From Psammoneis japonica (Eukaryota), in assembly GCA_008632985.1 (NCBI GenBank), contig QPGO01000151.1, positions 124,001-188,000 of the forward strand: a stretch of 64,000 bases of DNA, given 5' to 3'. This document shows positions 48,276 through 61,362 of the stretch, in pieces (within the stretch, counting starts at the first letter, position 1; each line of letters begins with the position of its first letter). Under the pieces are notes generated by a model. The model searched no databases. It had not been told where the DNA came from and saw only the letters and a program-made list of their open reading frames with translations. A program made the translations under genes and the position numbers.

Positions 48276-51200
48276 TGTGTGAGTGCCTCTCAGTGCAGAA
48301 GAATGGGGCGGGAGACACCACTCATGTTGGGCATCATTGTGTTGAGAAGCACGAGATCGGGTTTTGTCCCTTGTGCCATGCGCAACACCACTGTCTCTTG
48401 CTTGAAGGATTGGCAGCATCTGTGTCTTGTGCAAGGGTCAAGGACCAGCAATGTGTGTGCCCCCCTGGAAAACTTCCTTTGTTGTCATCAGAAACGTGAA
48501 GACTGGATCTTCAAAGACTTGGCCACAAAATGCATTTTCAAATGGTTTCAGAGGCTCTCTGCCAACAGTCTGGAAATTGAGAATTGCAAATGCTGAGTCA
48601 CCAACGGAGCAGCGGGGTGGTGGAATCTGGCAAGCTCTGTTGGTGTGTCCATGCCAATGAAACCTGGACATGTGTTCACCCAGCTTTTTGCACTCCAACC
48701 CACTGTTGGCCATGGTCAGCACACACTCAACGTGCACATCCACCAAAGTGTTTGAGTGCAAATCTGGTTTTTGTTCTGCAAATCCAGCTTGGGTTGGATT
48801 TGGGATGAAAAGTCTTGTGCTCAGATGTGACACTCACGACAGAGTCAGTCAGCAGCAGTTTGAAAGACAACATGTCTTCACTTCATCCACCACATGGATT
48901 GTGCTGTCCCCACAACAAATTTGGCAATGCAAATTCCAGCAACTGCCGGATGCCATCTAGACCACTGTTCAGTTGATGAGGAAAGACCTTTTCTCCAGTG
49001 ACAGAAATGACAAAAATTTCAAACAGCATCTGTGAAATGATTTTGTTGTTTTCATCACAAAAGCTGTTTCTCTGCAGTTCTTTGACAGAGTGGGCATCAG
49101 GATTTGTGGTCAGAAGCACTCAAAATGATTGGAGAGAGACGGAACCCAGAAGAAGAGTTTGGTTGCCATGATCTGAATTCCTCTCTGGAGCAAAAGTTCA
49201 TTGAGTGGAAATGTTCCAAGGCCTGGGAAGCTGTCTTGCCTTGCTCAGCAATGCATGTGACAAGTTTTTCAGCCATCCACATGAGAGGATGCATGTGGTC
49301 ACTGACATGAGCATGGATGTTCTTTAGCAGCACAATGATCTGGACTTGATGATCCATGCCAGTGTGGTGGCCAAAGCAGCCAACAATCTCCTCAGTTTGC
49401 AGTGCCACATCTGAACTCACAAAGAGTTAACTTGTCTCAATTGAACTTTTGAAAGTTGCCACTTGCTGATTTAAATGCTTGCACACCTGCTCCACATCTG
49501 GTTGCGCACAAATCCAAGATGCGTGCCAGCAAGACAAAATTTCTGTTGCTGTGGAAATTTGGACTTGTCTTGTGTTGTCAATCACTTGATGCAAGCACTG
49601 CATGCCGGTGTGCAGACAATCAAAGTTGCACATCAAACCAAGGCACAATCTTGCATGGTGACACACAAGTTGACTCATCCAACACAATCTTGTCACCTGC
49701 CACATGTCGTTTTTACCACGGGGGCTTGCCCTGCCCATCTCCATCTCACTTGTTTTTGCAACATGAACAATGGCACCCTCCTTTGCTGTGGGAAATGGCT
49801 GTCCCCTCTTCAACACCACCTGAGAACTCATCTTCCCTGCAAACTCTCCTTTTCTCAAAGCATCCAAGCTGTTTTTTCCCATCAATCGGATGACGCTCAT
49901 GGCAAACATTTGCAAATGGGAGAATCCAAAGAACCAGGGGACATCGCCACCTCTTCTGCCCTTGGCTCTTCTCCCATTGAATTTGTTGCAACAGGGCCCC
50001 ACTCCAATGCTGGGCCAACTCCACAAGTTCACACACACGACTCAATCACTGGCCATTGAGATCCAATTGTGCATTTCAACAGCACCATTCTGCCATCTGC
50101 TGATGTTGTTTCAGAGTGCCAGTTCCCAGCAGACAACAAAGAATTTGTTTCCAATCCATTTGATGAGGATGTGTTTCCTTTTGACACCAAGAGTGCTGCT
50201 GCTGCTGTTGTCAAATCAGGCTTTTTTGCTGCACTAGATCAAGTGGAGCATCTCTCCACTGACAAGGATCTTGTGGCACCCAAAGTTTGCAACAGCAAAA
50301 CCATTTTTCCATGGTCCGCACATTGAATCTGGGTCACTCCAAGGGTGTCCCAATCAGTGCAACCAATGAACTTCTGAGAACTGCGCAAGAGGAATTCTTG
50401 AGTGGTGGGTTGTCCATCACCCAACAAATCCCCTCTTCTCACACTTTCATTTCAAAGCTCAAGTCAATGTTGCCCAGCGTTGTTGCTCCGGTGCTGAAGC
50501 AAGTCCCCCTTGAGTCAGAGTCCATTGTCAACCAATTCAAAAATGACAGAGGCAGCAGTGCAAAATTCACTGTCATTTGTTCTGTGTTTGTCTTTGGTGG
50601 TGGCTCTGCAAAATGGTGAGGGATGGGAAGAGCTTGCCTTCCTGAACTGGTCCAAGTGAAAGTGAAACTCTGCTGACATCTTGTTTGGTGATTCAATCAA
50701 CAGTCCCTCTGCACAAGAACCATCAGAAGAACCGCCCATCCCCTCAGCAGATGCATGCTTTTCCCCACTGTCTGCAACATGGACACACTTTCTTTTGTGA
50801 TGCAGAGCTTTTCTCCTTGCATCTGCCTCTCTTTGTGTGGCCACCTGGGACGGCAATTCCTCTGCCACCTCCCTCAATGGAGATGACAGACATTTGTCCC
50901 CATGCAAACCTGGGAGCAGCGATGCAGCGATCTTGGTCAAATGAGCAAAGCTTGGCCGGTTGGAAGTGTGCCGAGACATCCGTCCATGTCAAGAGTTCAG
51001 AATGGATGATTTGTGTCAGTGGGAGACAATCCAATGGAAGAGACCTTTTTGCAAATCAAGGCCCTCTTGCTGACATGCTGACCAGGTTGGAAATGCATGC
51101 ATTGCTGAGAGATTTTGTTGTTTTTGTGATCCAGTCCTGTCAGAAGGGGAGGGAGATGAGACGCCAAGTGCAGAGCAGAACACAACAATGACATGGAACG

Positions 51201-54200
51201 TGAAAATGGACAATGTGGCAGCATGGAGTGGGTGCAACCCAGTGAGAAAGCTCAGTGGCACAGTTGTTGTGTTGCTTTGTGAGACATTGTGATTGCTGTT
51301 GCCATCACATGGACAGACAGTGCCACATGGGACCACAAGCCAAGTTACAGCAGATGTCCCAAACAATGAAAAATGATCACAAATAAATGGGCAACCTGTT
51401 TTTGTGACAGCAAATTGAGCTGAATCACAAATCAGCAAAAATCAAACAACATGATGAGGACAGAGAACATTGAAATTTTGTGCTCTGTTTCAAAAACACA
51501 AAAGACAGAAAGCTGCAGCAGTGCATGTTGTTCATTGCACAAAACAAAAGATGCACAAAAAATGCCTTGGTCATTTCATTGAGGATGCTGCATTTTTCCT
51601 GGGAGAGAATGCCTGGGCAATTGCCACATTTGCAAAATTTCGGCCCATGCAGCTGCAACAACACAACAATCCTGAAAAAGTGGAGATGCAAATGACAGCA
51701 ATGGAGACTGCTCAGTGCTTGCGTCGAATGTGCTCTGTTCCAATTGCCAACAGCGGGGCATGCTGGGCAGCCTGGAAAGCCTTGCAGCAATGGAAGGCAC
51801 TGTGGAGTGCATTTTTCTTGTCTCAACAGGGGAACTCTGTTGAAAATGGATGAAGCAAACAAACAAACAAAGCAACACACAACCCCATGCTTTGCAAGAA
51901 GCAATTGAGTGCAACGGCACAATGAAAATGCAAGCGTGTGACAACAGCAATCCCAGGTTCACTTTCATTCAGAGACACCGGACTGCCAAGCTCATGCAGC
52001 ATTTGCACAGAGAGCACATTTCCATGTTCCAGTTGTTTGGTTTTTGCATTACAAGCTGGACAAAAGCAGGCCACATGTCAACTTTTGGAGCTTCAATTGT
52101 TGCACTGTGTTGGGATTTCTGGACAATCCAAGGTTTTGTGTTGGACCATTTTTGGCGAGGTGGTTGAGCTTCAGACATGTCGATTGTGAGGAACACATGG
52201 ACAAAGTCACTTTGATGCTGAGTTTGAGCCACTTAAATGTGGAGCAGTGCATCAGCGAGGGGAGACTGCTGCCTTGCGCGATTGTGGTGGCACGTGAATT
52301 GGGGGACAATGCTTGCAGATTCCCAAGAATTGAGTGTGCTCTGCCACCTTGCAGACATGATCCATTCACAATCGGCGACAACACCATGTTGGACATGGTT
52401 CATCTGGAAGTGCATGACAGAAGAAGGGTCACCTGGCCTCATGCAGACAATTGTTTTCCTCCAACAGTTGGTGGAGATGTGGGGCTTTGCAAAGGAGAAA
52501 ATTGCTGGGATTGAGGGTGCACTGTGCAGGAGTCCACGCTGTCCAAGAGGGCTGCAACAGTGGATTGGATGCCAGTTGTGAGCACTTGTTCAAATTTTAC
52601 AGGTTGGAAAGTTCCGGACATGACATTGAGGAAGGCAGAGGGGTGAGAGCAAGATGATGAGCAAGGGTCAAGACAAAAACACCAAACCCCAGCAAGCTCC
52701 AATTGCTGGAAAACCAAACCCCAGCAAGCTTTCATTGCTGTTGCGCCCTTGGCCAAACGATGCTCTGGATTGGTGGGCACAGAGGGATGGCCAAGAGCAT
52801 GGGGGCCCAGATGGCAAAGCAAAGACAGGAAGTTCCAGTCGCAAGCCTCCCAAAAATGCAATGTGGAGTGTTTGGGCTGCAGCCCTTTTGGCAGCATGGC
52901 TGCAGCCCAAAAAATAAAATCAGCTTGTGATTTGAACAATCTGGCATGCAATGAGTGGCAGCGCCATTGTTCTTCACACACATCATGCAACATAGAGTGG
53001 ACGCACAATGTGAAGCTGCAAACGATGAAAACTGCCATTCAAACAAAATGCAAAATTCATCAATTGATGTTTGAAACTGAGCAATTTGAAAATTGTAAAA
53101 AATGTTGGGAACATCATCCGCATGGTTGTTGTGTTTGAATTTTCTTGTGATGCATGACAAAAAAAAATGCATCAGAACTGAGATTTCCAGCACGGTGTGC
53201 GAGAATGTTCAAATTAAAATCAAGAATTTTTTGGCATGATGGGCAAGAATGTCATGTGCGCATTCAAACACGATGTCAGATTGTTGCCCTGCCAGATGCA
53301 ATGGCAGTGATTTTATGATTCAATGTGTTTTTGAGCAGAGTGGTGAATGGCAAACACACTTCTGATTCAGACGTGTTCCAGCTCCAGGTGGGACCTCGTG
53401 CTGCTGAACTGTGACATCAATGGTTTTTTGGGTCACACCACATGTGGCGCACGCAGATGGCTGCATGTGACATGCTGCAAAATTCTTTCACACTCCCTGT
53501 TTTGCAAAGCCAAAGGCTTTCTATTTTCAACATTTGCAAGAGCAAAAATGCGCTGGGCACATTCTTCAATGTCTGCAGAACACACCCAGGCAAACTGTCA
53601 ATGATGTGCTTCAAGTGTGAAGGAGGAGATGTGTTCGTAAAATTGCCTCTTTTTCTGTTGGTGATCATTTGCATTTTCATTGCTTGACAAATTTACTGTG
53701 GAGCTCGTGTGCAGAATTCTGCGAGCCAAATGTCGCACCGAGTCCCACCTGGGACTGGAGCCCATCTTCAACACAGTTTTGTGCCTTGTCCACCAAGACC
53801 ACAGCCTCCTCCTTGCACTGTTCCAACTCCTCAACAAAGTTGACACAGATTCTTGTTAAAATGTGTTCGAGTTCTTAAAGAAGCACACATTCCTTCCTTC
53901 CCCCTCACAAGTTGACCGCCAAGCTGGCGCAGCAGCCAGCGCAGTTTTTGTTCCAGTGCCTCAGCAAGCACTGACATGAACTGAACAATGAGGATTCACC
54001 TTTTGAGTGATCTTGTCAATGAGTTCCTGATGTTGCACCATGAACTGCCTGTGACCGACATCCGAGGATTCAAAAGATTCCTGCTGATGCATCGACTGCA
54101 CCTGAGCATCATGTTTTGCTTGCAAATCCATCGTCATGTTGCCAACAAAGGGTGCTTTGTTTGGTTGCATTTGAATGCCACCATCTTGCTTGCATTTGAG

Positions 54201-54369
54201 CATCAGCTGCAAAACAGTCCTCTCCCTTGATGAATGAACATCAAGACAGGTGGGTCCTGACACCAGCTCTTCATGAGCTCCGTGAGCCATCATGCTCTGG
54301 CGAGTCGACGCATGCACACACACTGATGACACTGCATCACACGATGGCACAGCTGAGATTGATGTGCTC

Positions 54370-54745
54370 TGTGAAAATTTCAATGTCGTGTCAACAGGAA
54401 TCATTCGAAAATGTCGTGTGGGTCACAATTGATGTTTTGCATGAGTGAAAACACAAAATCGTGCAGAAATGCACACAAAGTCATGCGAGAGAGTGATTGG
54501 AGCTGACAACTTTTCGGGAACTGAATTGAAATGCTGTCTGATTGATGGTGTTGGCCTTCACTGTGTGAATCAAAATGCCATCAATCAGACGGCATTTCAA
54601 TTGATTTCCCGAGAAGTTGACATTCACACATGGATGGATGGACAGACTGATGACAATTGTTTTCAGTGCTCTCCTGCACAATTTTCACGTGATGACTCTC
54701 AGGACCCGAATGATTCCTGTTGCTGACAAGATGTTTCTATTTTGT
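54370..54745. repeat. Imperfect foldback (core arms ~54507-54552 and ~54574-54619)
   Basis: The ~46 bp core arms are reverse complements with a few mismatches. Outer match CAACAGGAATCATTCG / CGAATGATTCCTGTTG. Confidence 0.75.
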
Positions 54746-54912
54746 TGCAGGCACTCTGCAACAGAGAGCAGTTGTTCTCTTTGTGCTTGGTTCAGATTGC
54801 AATGGGAATCTTTCGAAAATGACCCGTGACGTAAAAAGCACAAAACAGCTGTGGACACCTGCAGAATCTACATGTTTTTGTGCTGAAACTGTTATGTTCA
54901 CACAATTTGTGC

Positions 54913-55005
54913 AAAAATAGACTTGACTGTTATCGGGTCAGGTGTATTTTTGCAAATGCATTGAAGAAAAATACACCTGATCAGAAAACAGTCAAGTCCA
55001 TTTTT
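54913..55005. repeat. Hairpin with ~39 bp arms
   Basis: AAAAATAGACTTGACTGTTATCGGGTCAGGTGTATTTTT pairs with AAAAATACACCTGATCAGAAAACAGTCAAGTCCATTTTT (about 4 mismatches). Confidence 0.8.
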
Positions 55006-55772
55006 CGCAAAGTTAAAATTCACTAAGGACAGACAGACAGACTTTTCAATAATTATCTTGGTACTGTTCTACACATTTCTACGTAAATGACTCTACAGCG
55101 CGAAAGATTGCTATTGAGATGTTTCTGCTGCAAAAAGTCTGTCCATCGTGAGCAAGCGACAACTCATCAATCGATATTTTCAAGAACTTATAATATTTAT
55201 GCTTATTAATTGCCGGAAATTCCCACCCAAATTTGTATTCATATCTTAATTTGTCAAATTGATACTCCTACCAATGCTGATTTACGTGGCCATCTAGTAC
55301 TAATGTACGCAACGGCGATCACGCACATGTATTATGTGATATTACATCACGATGGTTTCTTAATGAACGTAGAACTGAAAAAATGTTGACCACGTAGGTT
55401 CCTACGTGCTATGTACAGAAGATGTACTGCACAGTACCGGCATGCAACCCTGCCGCCAGCCTGACCTGCTTGCCATGCACGCTTCTCACAGTTCACCCCT
55501 CGCGAAAATTGCCACGCACACGCAAACCCACAGACACAATGCTGACAAAGCCGTTCGGATCCGGACGTTGAACGAGAGGAGAGTGTTTTGCCACGATAGA
55601 TTCATAAACCAAGAACGACCAAGTCCCGGTTCCAGTTGCTCTTCTAACGCGAAGAACGACGCTCAACTGTTCTAAATCGATTCGTATTGACGTTGTATCA
55701 ACCGACGAAAAGTTTGTTGCACACACGAACACTCGATAGATCGCCGAATTCAAATCTATAATAGTACACACC

Positions 55773-57719
55773 ATGGCACGCACGCACGGTCGCCTTCGTC
55801 GCCTGCTCCGACCCAAGTCTTCGCGAGAGATGGAGAAGGCACTCCGTTCTGTGGCAATCGATTCTGTTCCATCTGAAGAAAGCACTCTCCCAGAATCAGA
55901 AGTTTGTTCCACTTCCAGCACCGGAGGTCTTTCGCAAGCGGATTCAGACGAAGACCTCTTTGAGCTATCCACCACCAACGACCCTTATGCAGATGTCCGT
56001 GAACGCATGGAAGAATTGGCAGCAGAGGACAAGGCCATGTTTGCCAATCACGACGCTACAAAAGAAGCAGAAGCGCATCACGCTGCAGAGCCTTCGATCC
56101 CGTCCTTTGCTGCGTACACAACCTATCTCGGTTACGCTGTGTTGATTATCTGCGGGCACATTCGTGACATTTGCGCTCGCCTTATTCGAACCGGCCGTTA
56201 TCTTCGTCGGCATACGGACTTTCCCAGTGACGACCTGACCAAGTACGCGACTCTGCTCAAGAGCTGGGAGAACTTTTACACGAGGCGGCTCTATCACCGA
56301 ATTCAGGACTGCTTTAACCGTCCCATTGCTTCGAGACCTGGTGCCCACATTCAAGTGCTGGAGCGTGTCTCTGCGGATGGAAACAAAACCATGGAGCTGT
56401 TGGGGCAGCTCGATAACCTTGAGACGGAGCAGCAGAGACGAGAGTACTCGGAGGGATCGCATTTTCATACAGTTTCTGAAGGTCGTGTGGCGAGGTCTTG
56501 CCTCAACTTGGGTAGTTACAACTACCTTGGTTTTGCCGACGACTGGGATATCACTTGCCGAAACGACGTCATGGGCTCTCTCAAGCAACTCCCGGTTAGC
56601 ACAGGCTCTAGCAGAATTGAATTCGGAACAACGGCCTTGCACCGCGAGGTGGAGGAACTGGTGGCTGGCTTTGTAGGAAAGGAGGATGCCATGGTACTCA
56701 ATATGGGGTTCAACACGAATGCCACCACGATCCCGGCGCTTGTATCGAGGGGTGATTTGCTCATTTCGGACGCACTCAATCACACGAGCATTGTGAATGG
56801 TGCTCGCGCTTCGGGTGCGTCTATTCGTACGTTCCGCCACAATGACATGACTCACTTGGAAAAGATTCTCCGCGAAGCCATTGTCATGGGAATGCCCCGA
56901 ACAAGACGTCCCTGGAACAAGATTCTTGTCATTGTGGAAGGAATATACTCCATGGAGGGCGAATACTGTGACTTGAAGAATGTCGTTCGCATTTGCAAAA
57001 AGTACGGTGCCTACATTTACCTCGATGAAGCCCATTCGATTGGCGCCATGGGACCAACTGGACGAGGCTGCGCTGAGTACACGGGAGTCAATCCGGATGA
57101 CATTGATATCATGATGGGCACCTTTACAAAGAGCTTTGGTGGCATGGGCGGGTACATTGCCGGAAGCAAGGACGTGATTTCCTTTCTGAGGCGGAAATGT
57201 GCTGGTAGCTCATACCACAACTCGCTTAGTCCAGTGGTTTGTCAACAGATTATCTCCAGCTTCAAGGTATGTGTCATGGTTCTGTGTTGTATGCGACTAC
57301 TGTGATTATGATTTTCGCGTTGACTAACTAAATTTTATTATCTACGTTTTCAGGTCATTATGGGACAAGACGGTACCAATATCGGAAAGCAGAAGCTCCA
57401 GGCACTTCGCGATAACTCCAACTACTTTCGCATGCGCCTAACAGACATGGGCCTTCACGTTCTCGGCCACTATGACTCACCCATTATGCCCGTCATGTTG
57501 TACAACCCAACAAAGATTGCTGCGTTTTCCCGCGAGTGTCTCAAGCGAGGACTTGCCGTGGTTGTCGTGGGTTTCCCTGCCGTTCCCATTCTCATGTCGC
57601 GGGCCAGGTTCTGCATCTCGGCTGGGCATACCCGAGAGGACTTGGACAGGGCTCTCCACGAGATTGATGAAATTGCAGATATCCTCAAACTGAGGTATGC
57701 TCGTTCTACGTTTGGCTGA
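55773..57719 (+). CDS. LCB2: Serine palmitoyltransferase subunit 2 (long-chain base biosynthesis protein 2); exons 55773-57266 and 57354-57719
   Basis: [30 protein letters not shown] and PLP-lysine motif GTFTKSFG. One in-phase GT-AG intron. Confidence 0.95.
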
Positions 57720-58339
57720 GCTACACACCAAGTGCAATTCCACGGTCAGACACGACTATGGTGCTCTACAATTCTTAATCTTTTATTGCCTGCAAGAGCT
57801 CGCTGTCTTGTGTAATTGTTTTATAATGAAAGCAGTTGTTTGTATCTCGTTAACGCTCTGTCGTCTGATTACCGAATAACGAACGAACATACATGCTTAA
57901 AGAGGTACGCCTGATCTGAGTGAAAGAGAAGTCCTCAGGTGAGCTCTCATTCCTATTAGTCTCTACGCAGGCTTGCAGTTTGGTCAAGTGGTTGAGCACC
58001 ACCACTATGCTAGGTAGACTGTAGACTGCTAGAGTAGTCTACCCTAGTCTACTAGCTAGAAGTAGCTAGCGCTCTTGACCGACAACTCCATCTTACTCTA
58101 CCGTTAATGCCGGATGATGGTGGTGATGGGAGTGCACAGTGCGCGCGACGAAGAATGAACGACCACGCGACCACCGCCCGACACGTCAGTTTTTTTCGTT
58201 TGCTGGGCAAGCAAAATGTGAACAGCGGCTATGATATCGATTGGGGACGAAATTGAAAATAAACGCATTTTTGTGCGGCATCGGTGCCTCAATCCTGTTG
58301 ACTTTGCCTGACGATAGTTTTCAGATAGAGAGAATAGCC

Positions 58340-58968
58340 ATGCTGAACTACGCTCCAACACTTTTGCTTCTACTTGTCTCTCTCATCGGAGGGAGCAATG
58401 CATTCTTTGGTTCTGTGGGTGCAGGCGGAAAGCCTTCGGTTTCATCGCCTCAAGCCGATGAGGCCGTAGCGATTTACGGGGAGAAGTATCCGTTCGACCA
58501 GCCGGCGAAGGAGGGGAACTCACTTGCTAGTTTTGGCATGCCCAGCAAAAAAACCTACGGACCAGAGGCGCGCCGTCGATTCACAGACAAGAGCGAAGCG
58601 GCAGTCCGTGCTACCTTTGCGGAGCTTGCCAAGAACTATGGCACCGACAATGCTCTGGAAATGGTGAAAGTCATGCCCACGTGCTTGGCTTTTAACAAGG
58701 ACAACTTTGCACCTTCGCTAGCCAACTTTGGAGAAATCTTTGGTGAAGAAGAGGCGCAGCAAATGGTTCAACGCAATCCAGGTTTGCTGGCAGTAAAACC
58801 CGCGGATGCAGCCACATCCACTGAACAGACAATGGTATTTTCTTACATTGTGGGTGTGACACGTCCGGTAGGGGGGATTCTATTGGGTGCTTTGGCCATT
58901 GCCCTTTGTCGTTACCAGTCGAAGCGGTGACTGGAGTATCGCTTCGTTCCGTCATCTTTGGACAATAG
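58340..58968 (+). CDS. Uncharacterised protein with signal peptide and Phe-initiated transit-like peptide (probably plastid-targeted); as sequenced it stops at 58930, with a likely 1 bp frameshift near 58905
   Basis: MLNYAPTLLLLLVSLIGGSNA-FF presequence and normal coding composition. The hydrophobic C-terminal segment continues in a shifted frame (LSLPVEAVTGVSLRSVIFGQ*). Confidence 0.65.
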
Positions 58969-59677
58969 ACACAGACGACGCTCATGTGAAAGCCTATACT
59001 GCTCACGCAAGGCAAAACTTATAATTCGATAATTCCATAGGATTGAAGATACCGGTTTTTGAAAAGGCAGTTGACTGCAGTTCTAGAGAGAGGAAATCTT
59101 CTTACCGGTATATTCTCTACTGGAAGCTTCAAAACATTGGAAGTTGTGATTGCGTGTAGGTAAGAGAGAGAGAGAGAGGAAATAAACAACACTATTACAT
59201 GCCAGTGGTATGGTACTGTACCGTCCGTTTCAGCTCTCTCGCTCTCTCCACTGATCTTGTGAGAAGATGGAAGGGGATATTTCCTGCAACCTCAGATTCT
59301 GAATATTTTAATTTCTTTTCACATTTCATGTGTGTTAAATAGAAATATTTATTACATAAATACCTTGTAGATTGGACAAAGTAGTTCTGTTACGAACTTA
59401 TATACTATTATAGATGGAATAAGGATTAATATGGCAATTGGACATTAATATAGATATTCGTAGGCATAGGTGAACAAACCCTGCTCTGACGTTGTCTGAA
59501 TTTTTTCGAAAAAAGAGTCGGGAACAAACACGGAACAACAAGATCGAATGAAAACAGCCGTGACACGAACGTCGTCAGCGCTGCTCATTCCACCCCAAAG
59601 AAATTCTCACTCCTCGCAACTCAGTGTACGAGTAGAGAAAAACTTGGCTGCTTTTCCTTTAAACATCACTATCGAGA

Positions 59678-60649
59678 ATGGCTTCGCATCTGCCAGAAGC
59701 AAAAAGCTGTTCATCGCAGAAGTTCAACGATATGCATGATAGCGAGTTGACCTCACCAACTGTTACTGATGCGGGGAGCGTCTCGGATGATGACGGGAGT
59801 GGGGGGTGGTTTGGAATCGGTGCCGACCTCAAGACCTTCGCCAGATCTATCAAAAGCTCCGTACCGAATGCCATTGATGGGATCGCAACGGCTATATCGA
59901 AATCCGCCATGGCAGTCGCAGCGGAGTTCAGTGAATTGGAAAGGGATGCTGAAATAGAAGCGAAGCGGTGGAGGGAGGAAAATTATGGGACGTCGCAGGA
60001 TCAAGAGGCGGGCGTAACGTTACAGCTGCCTTGGGAGATACAACGTGGTGATTCATTGGATACCTTGGTCGAAGACACGGTGCTCAAAATGAAGATTCTT
60101 AATCTTAGTCGTGATGAAAACATGTTTTTGAAGCCTTTCAGTGTTTCCGCCGCATCTGATGGCCGCACGACTTGTGGCAAGGCTGACTTTGTGCTTGACG
60201 AAGCAAGAATCGACCTCATCAGGCGTCTGTTAGCAATTGATGAAAGTCTTGCAACCGTGCACGCCAGACTCTCAGGTGAGAATTGTAACAAAACATGTCA
60301 GCAGTGATCAATTCTCTCCAATTATTTGGACCAACACTTTACCCTTGTTTCGTCCCGTACATCAGGCCGTAGCGATGTCAAGGAAGCTGTTTTCTGGAAA
60401 AACTATTTTCATCATTGCGAAAGACTTCGAAAAGAGCACCTTACCAAGAGAAGACCTAGCCAAGCAATCACATCGGGCTCCTCATTGGGATCCTTAACAG
60501 CCGTACGCAGCTGTGGTGAAGACGACGCCGCGTCGTTTGTTATAGCAAGCCCACCTCAAAGTATGAACAGTGTTCTTTCCACTCACTCAGTTGGGGATAT
60601 GGTGCTTGTTGGTGGTATGGAGGCACTTGACACACACGATGAAAAATAG
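59678..60649 (+). CDS. BSD domain-containing protein; exons 59678-60275 and 60366-60649
   Basis: LPWE...LSRDENMFL and VKEAVFWKNYFHH BSD-type motifs. One phase-compatible GT-AG intron. Confidence 0.8.
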
Positions 60650-60910
60650 GAAGAATGGGAGAGTTCTCTCGAGGAGAATTCATACGAGTAGCAGTTAATC
60701 TCACTCTCTACTAGAGTGACGCCAAGATAAGAGTCTGATGTTTTTCCTACTTCTCGATTCTGCTTTTGCCGTAAACCTAGAGAGCAGCACTTAATCTCAC
60801 TTGGAGAGAGTGGTGTCAAGATGAGGAACTCAAATTGTTTGAAATCAGTTGTTCTCGATCATGTGTTGCTCGTCGCGCCTGTGCAACCCACGTGAATTTC
60901 AGCAATTGTA

Positions 60911-61340
60911 TCCTTCGTTCGAGAGAGAAGAAAGACAAAGGCTATTATATCCGGTAGGTGCGATAGGCAACATTGGTAGGCATTACCAAGGAGCTTCGTT
61001 GCGGCCACATTAACAGTTCTTGGTCCCCGAGGAGTCGTCATTCCGTTGCGAAAACAGAAGCTAAGATACTGAGGCGAAGCTGTTTGGCGAGAGAAGGCCA
61101 CTATTACCCTCAATGCAGTACAGTAATGTAGAGTATAAATCCTTCGTTCAAGAGAGAAGAGAGAGAAAGGCCATTATATCCGGTAGGTGCGATAGGCCAC
61201 ATTGGTAGGCATCACCAAGGAGCTTCGTAGCGGCGACAGTAACAGTTCTTGGTCCCCGAGGTCATTCGGTTGCGAAAACAGAAGCTGCTATAATGTTTGG
61301 CGAGAGAAAGTCACTATTATCCCGGATGCAGTAGAGTATA
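60911..61340 (+). repeat. ~229 bp diverged tandem duplication between convergent genes
   Basis: Units start TCCTTCGTTC at 60911 and 61140 and share ATTATATCCGGTAGGTGCGATAGGC. Confidence 0.85.
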
Positions 61341-61362
61341 AAGGTAACGAGGCGAAACTCAT

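Larger units (their letters stand above)
43800..54850. repeat. Highly degenerate TpA/CpG-depleted TE-like block
   Basis: Composition, absence of intact domains, internal duplications and terminal foldbacks. Confidence 0.6.

Noticed and set aside
1..54850. Hundreds of short to medium Cys/His-rich ORFs in the ORF track
   Set aside because: They are a by-product of lost TAA/TAG codons and TG/CA enrichment; they overlap on all frames and lack coherent domains.
58005..58075. CTAG/GTAG-rich low-complexity stretch
   Set aside because: Short intergenic simple repeat with no supporting structure.
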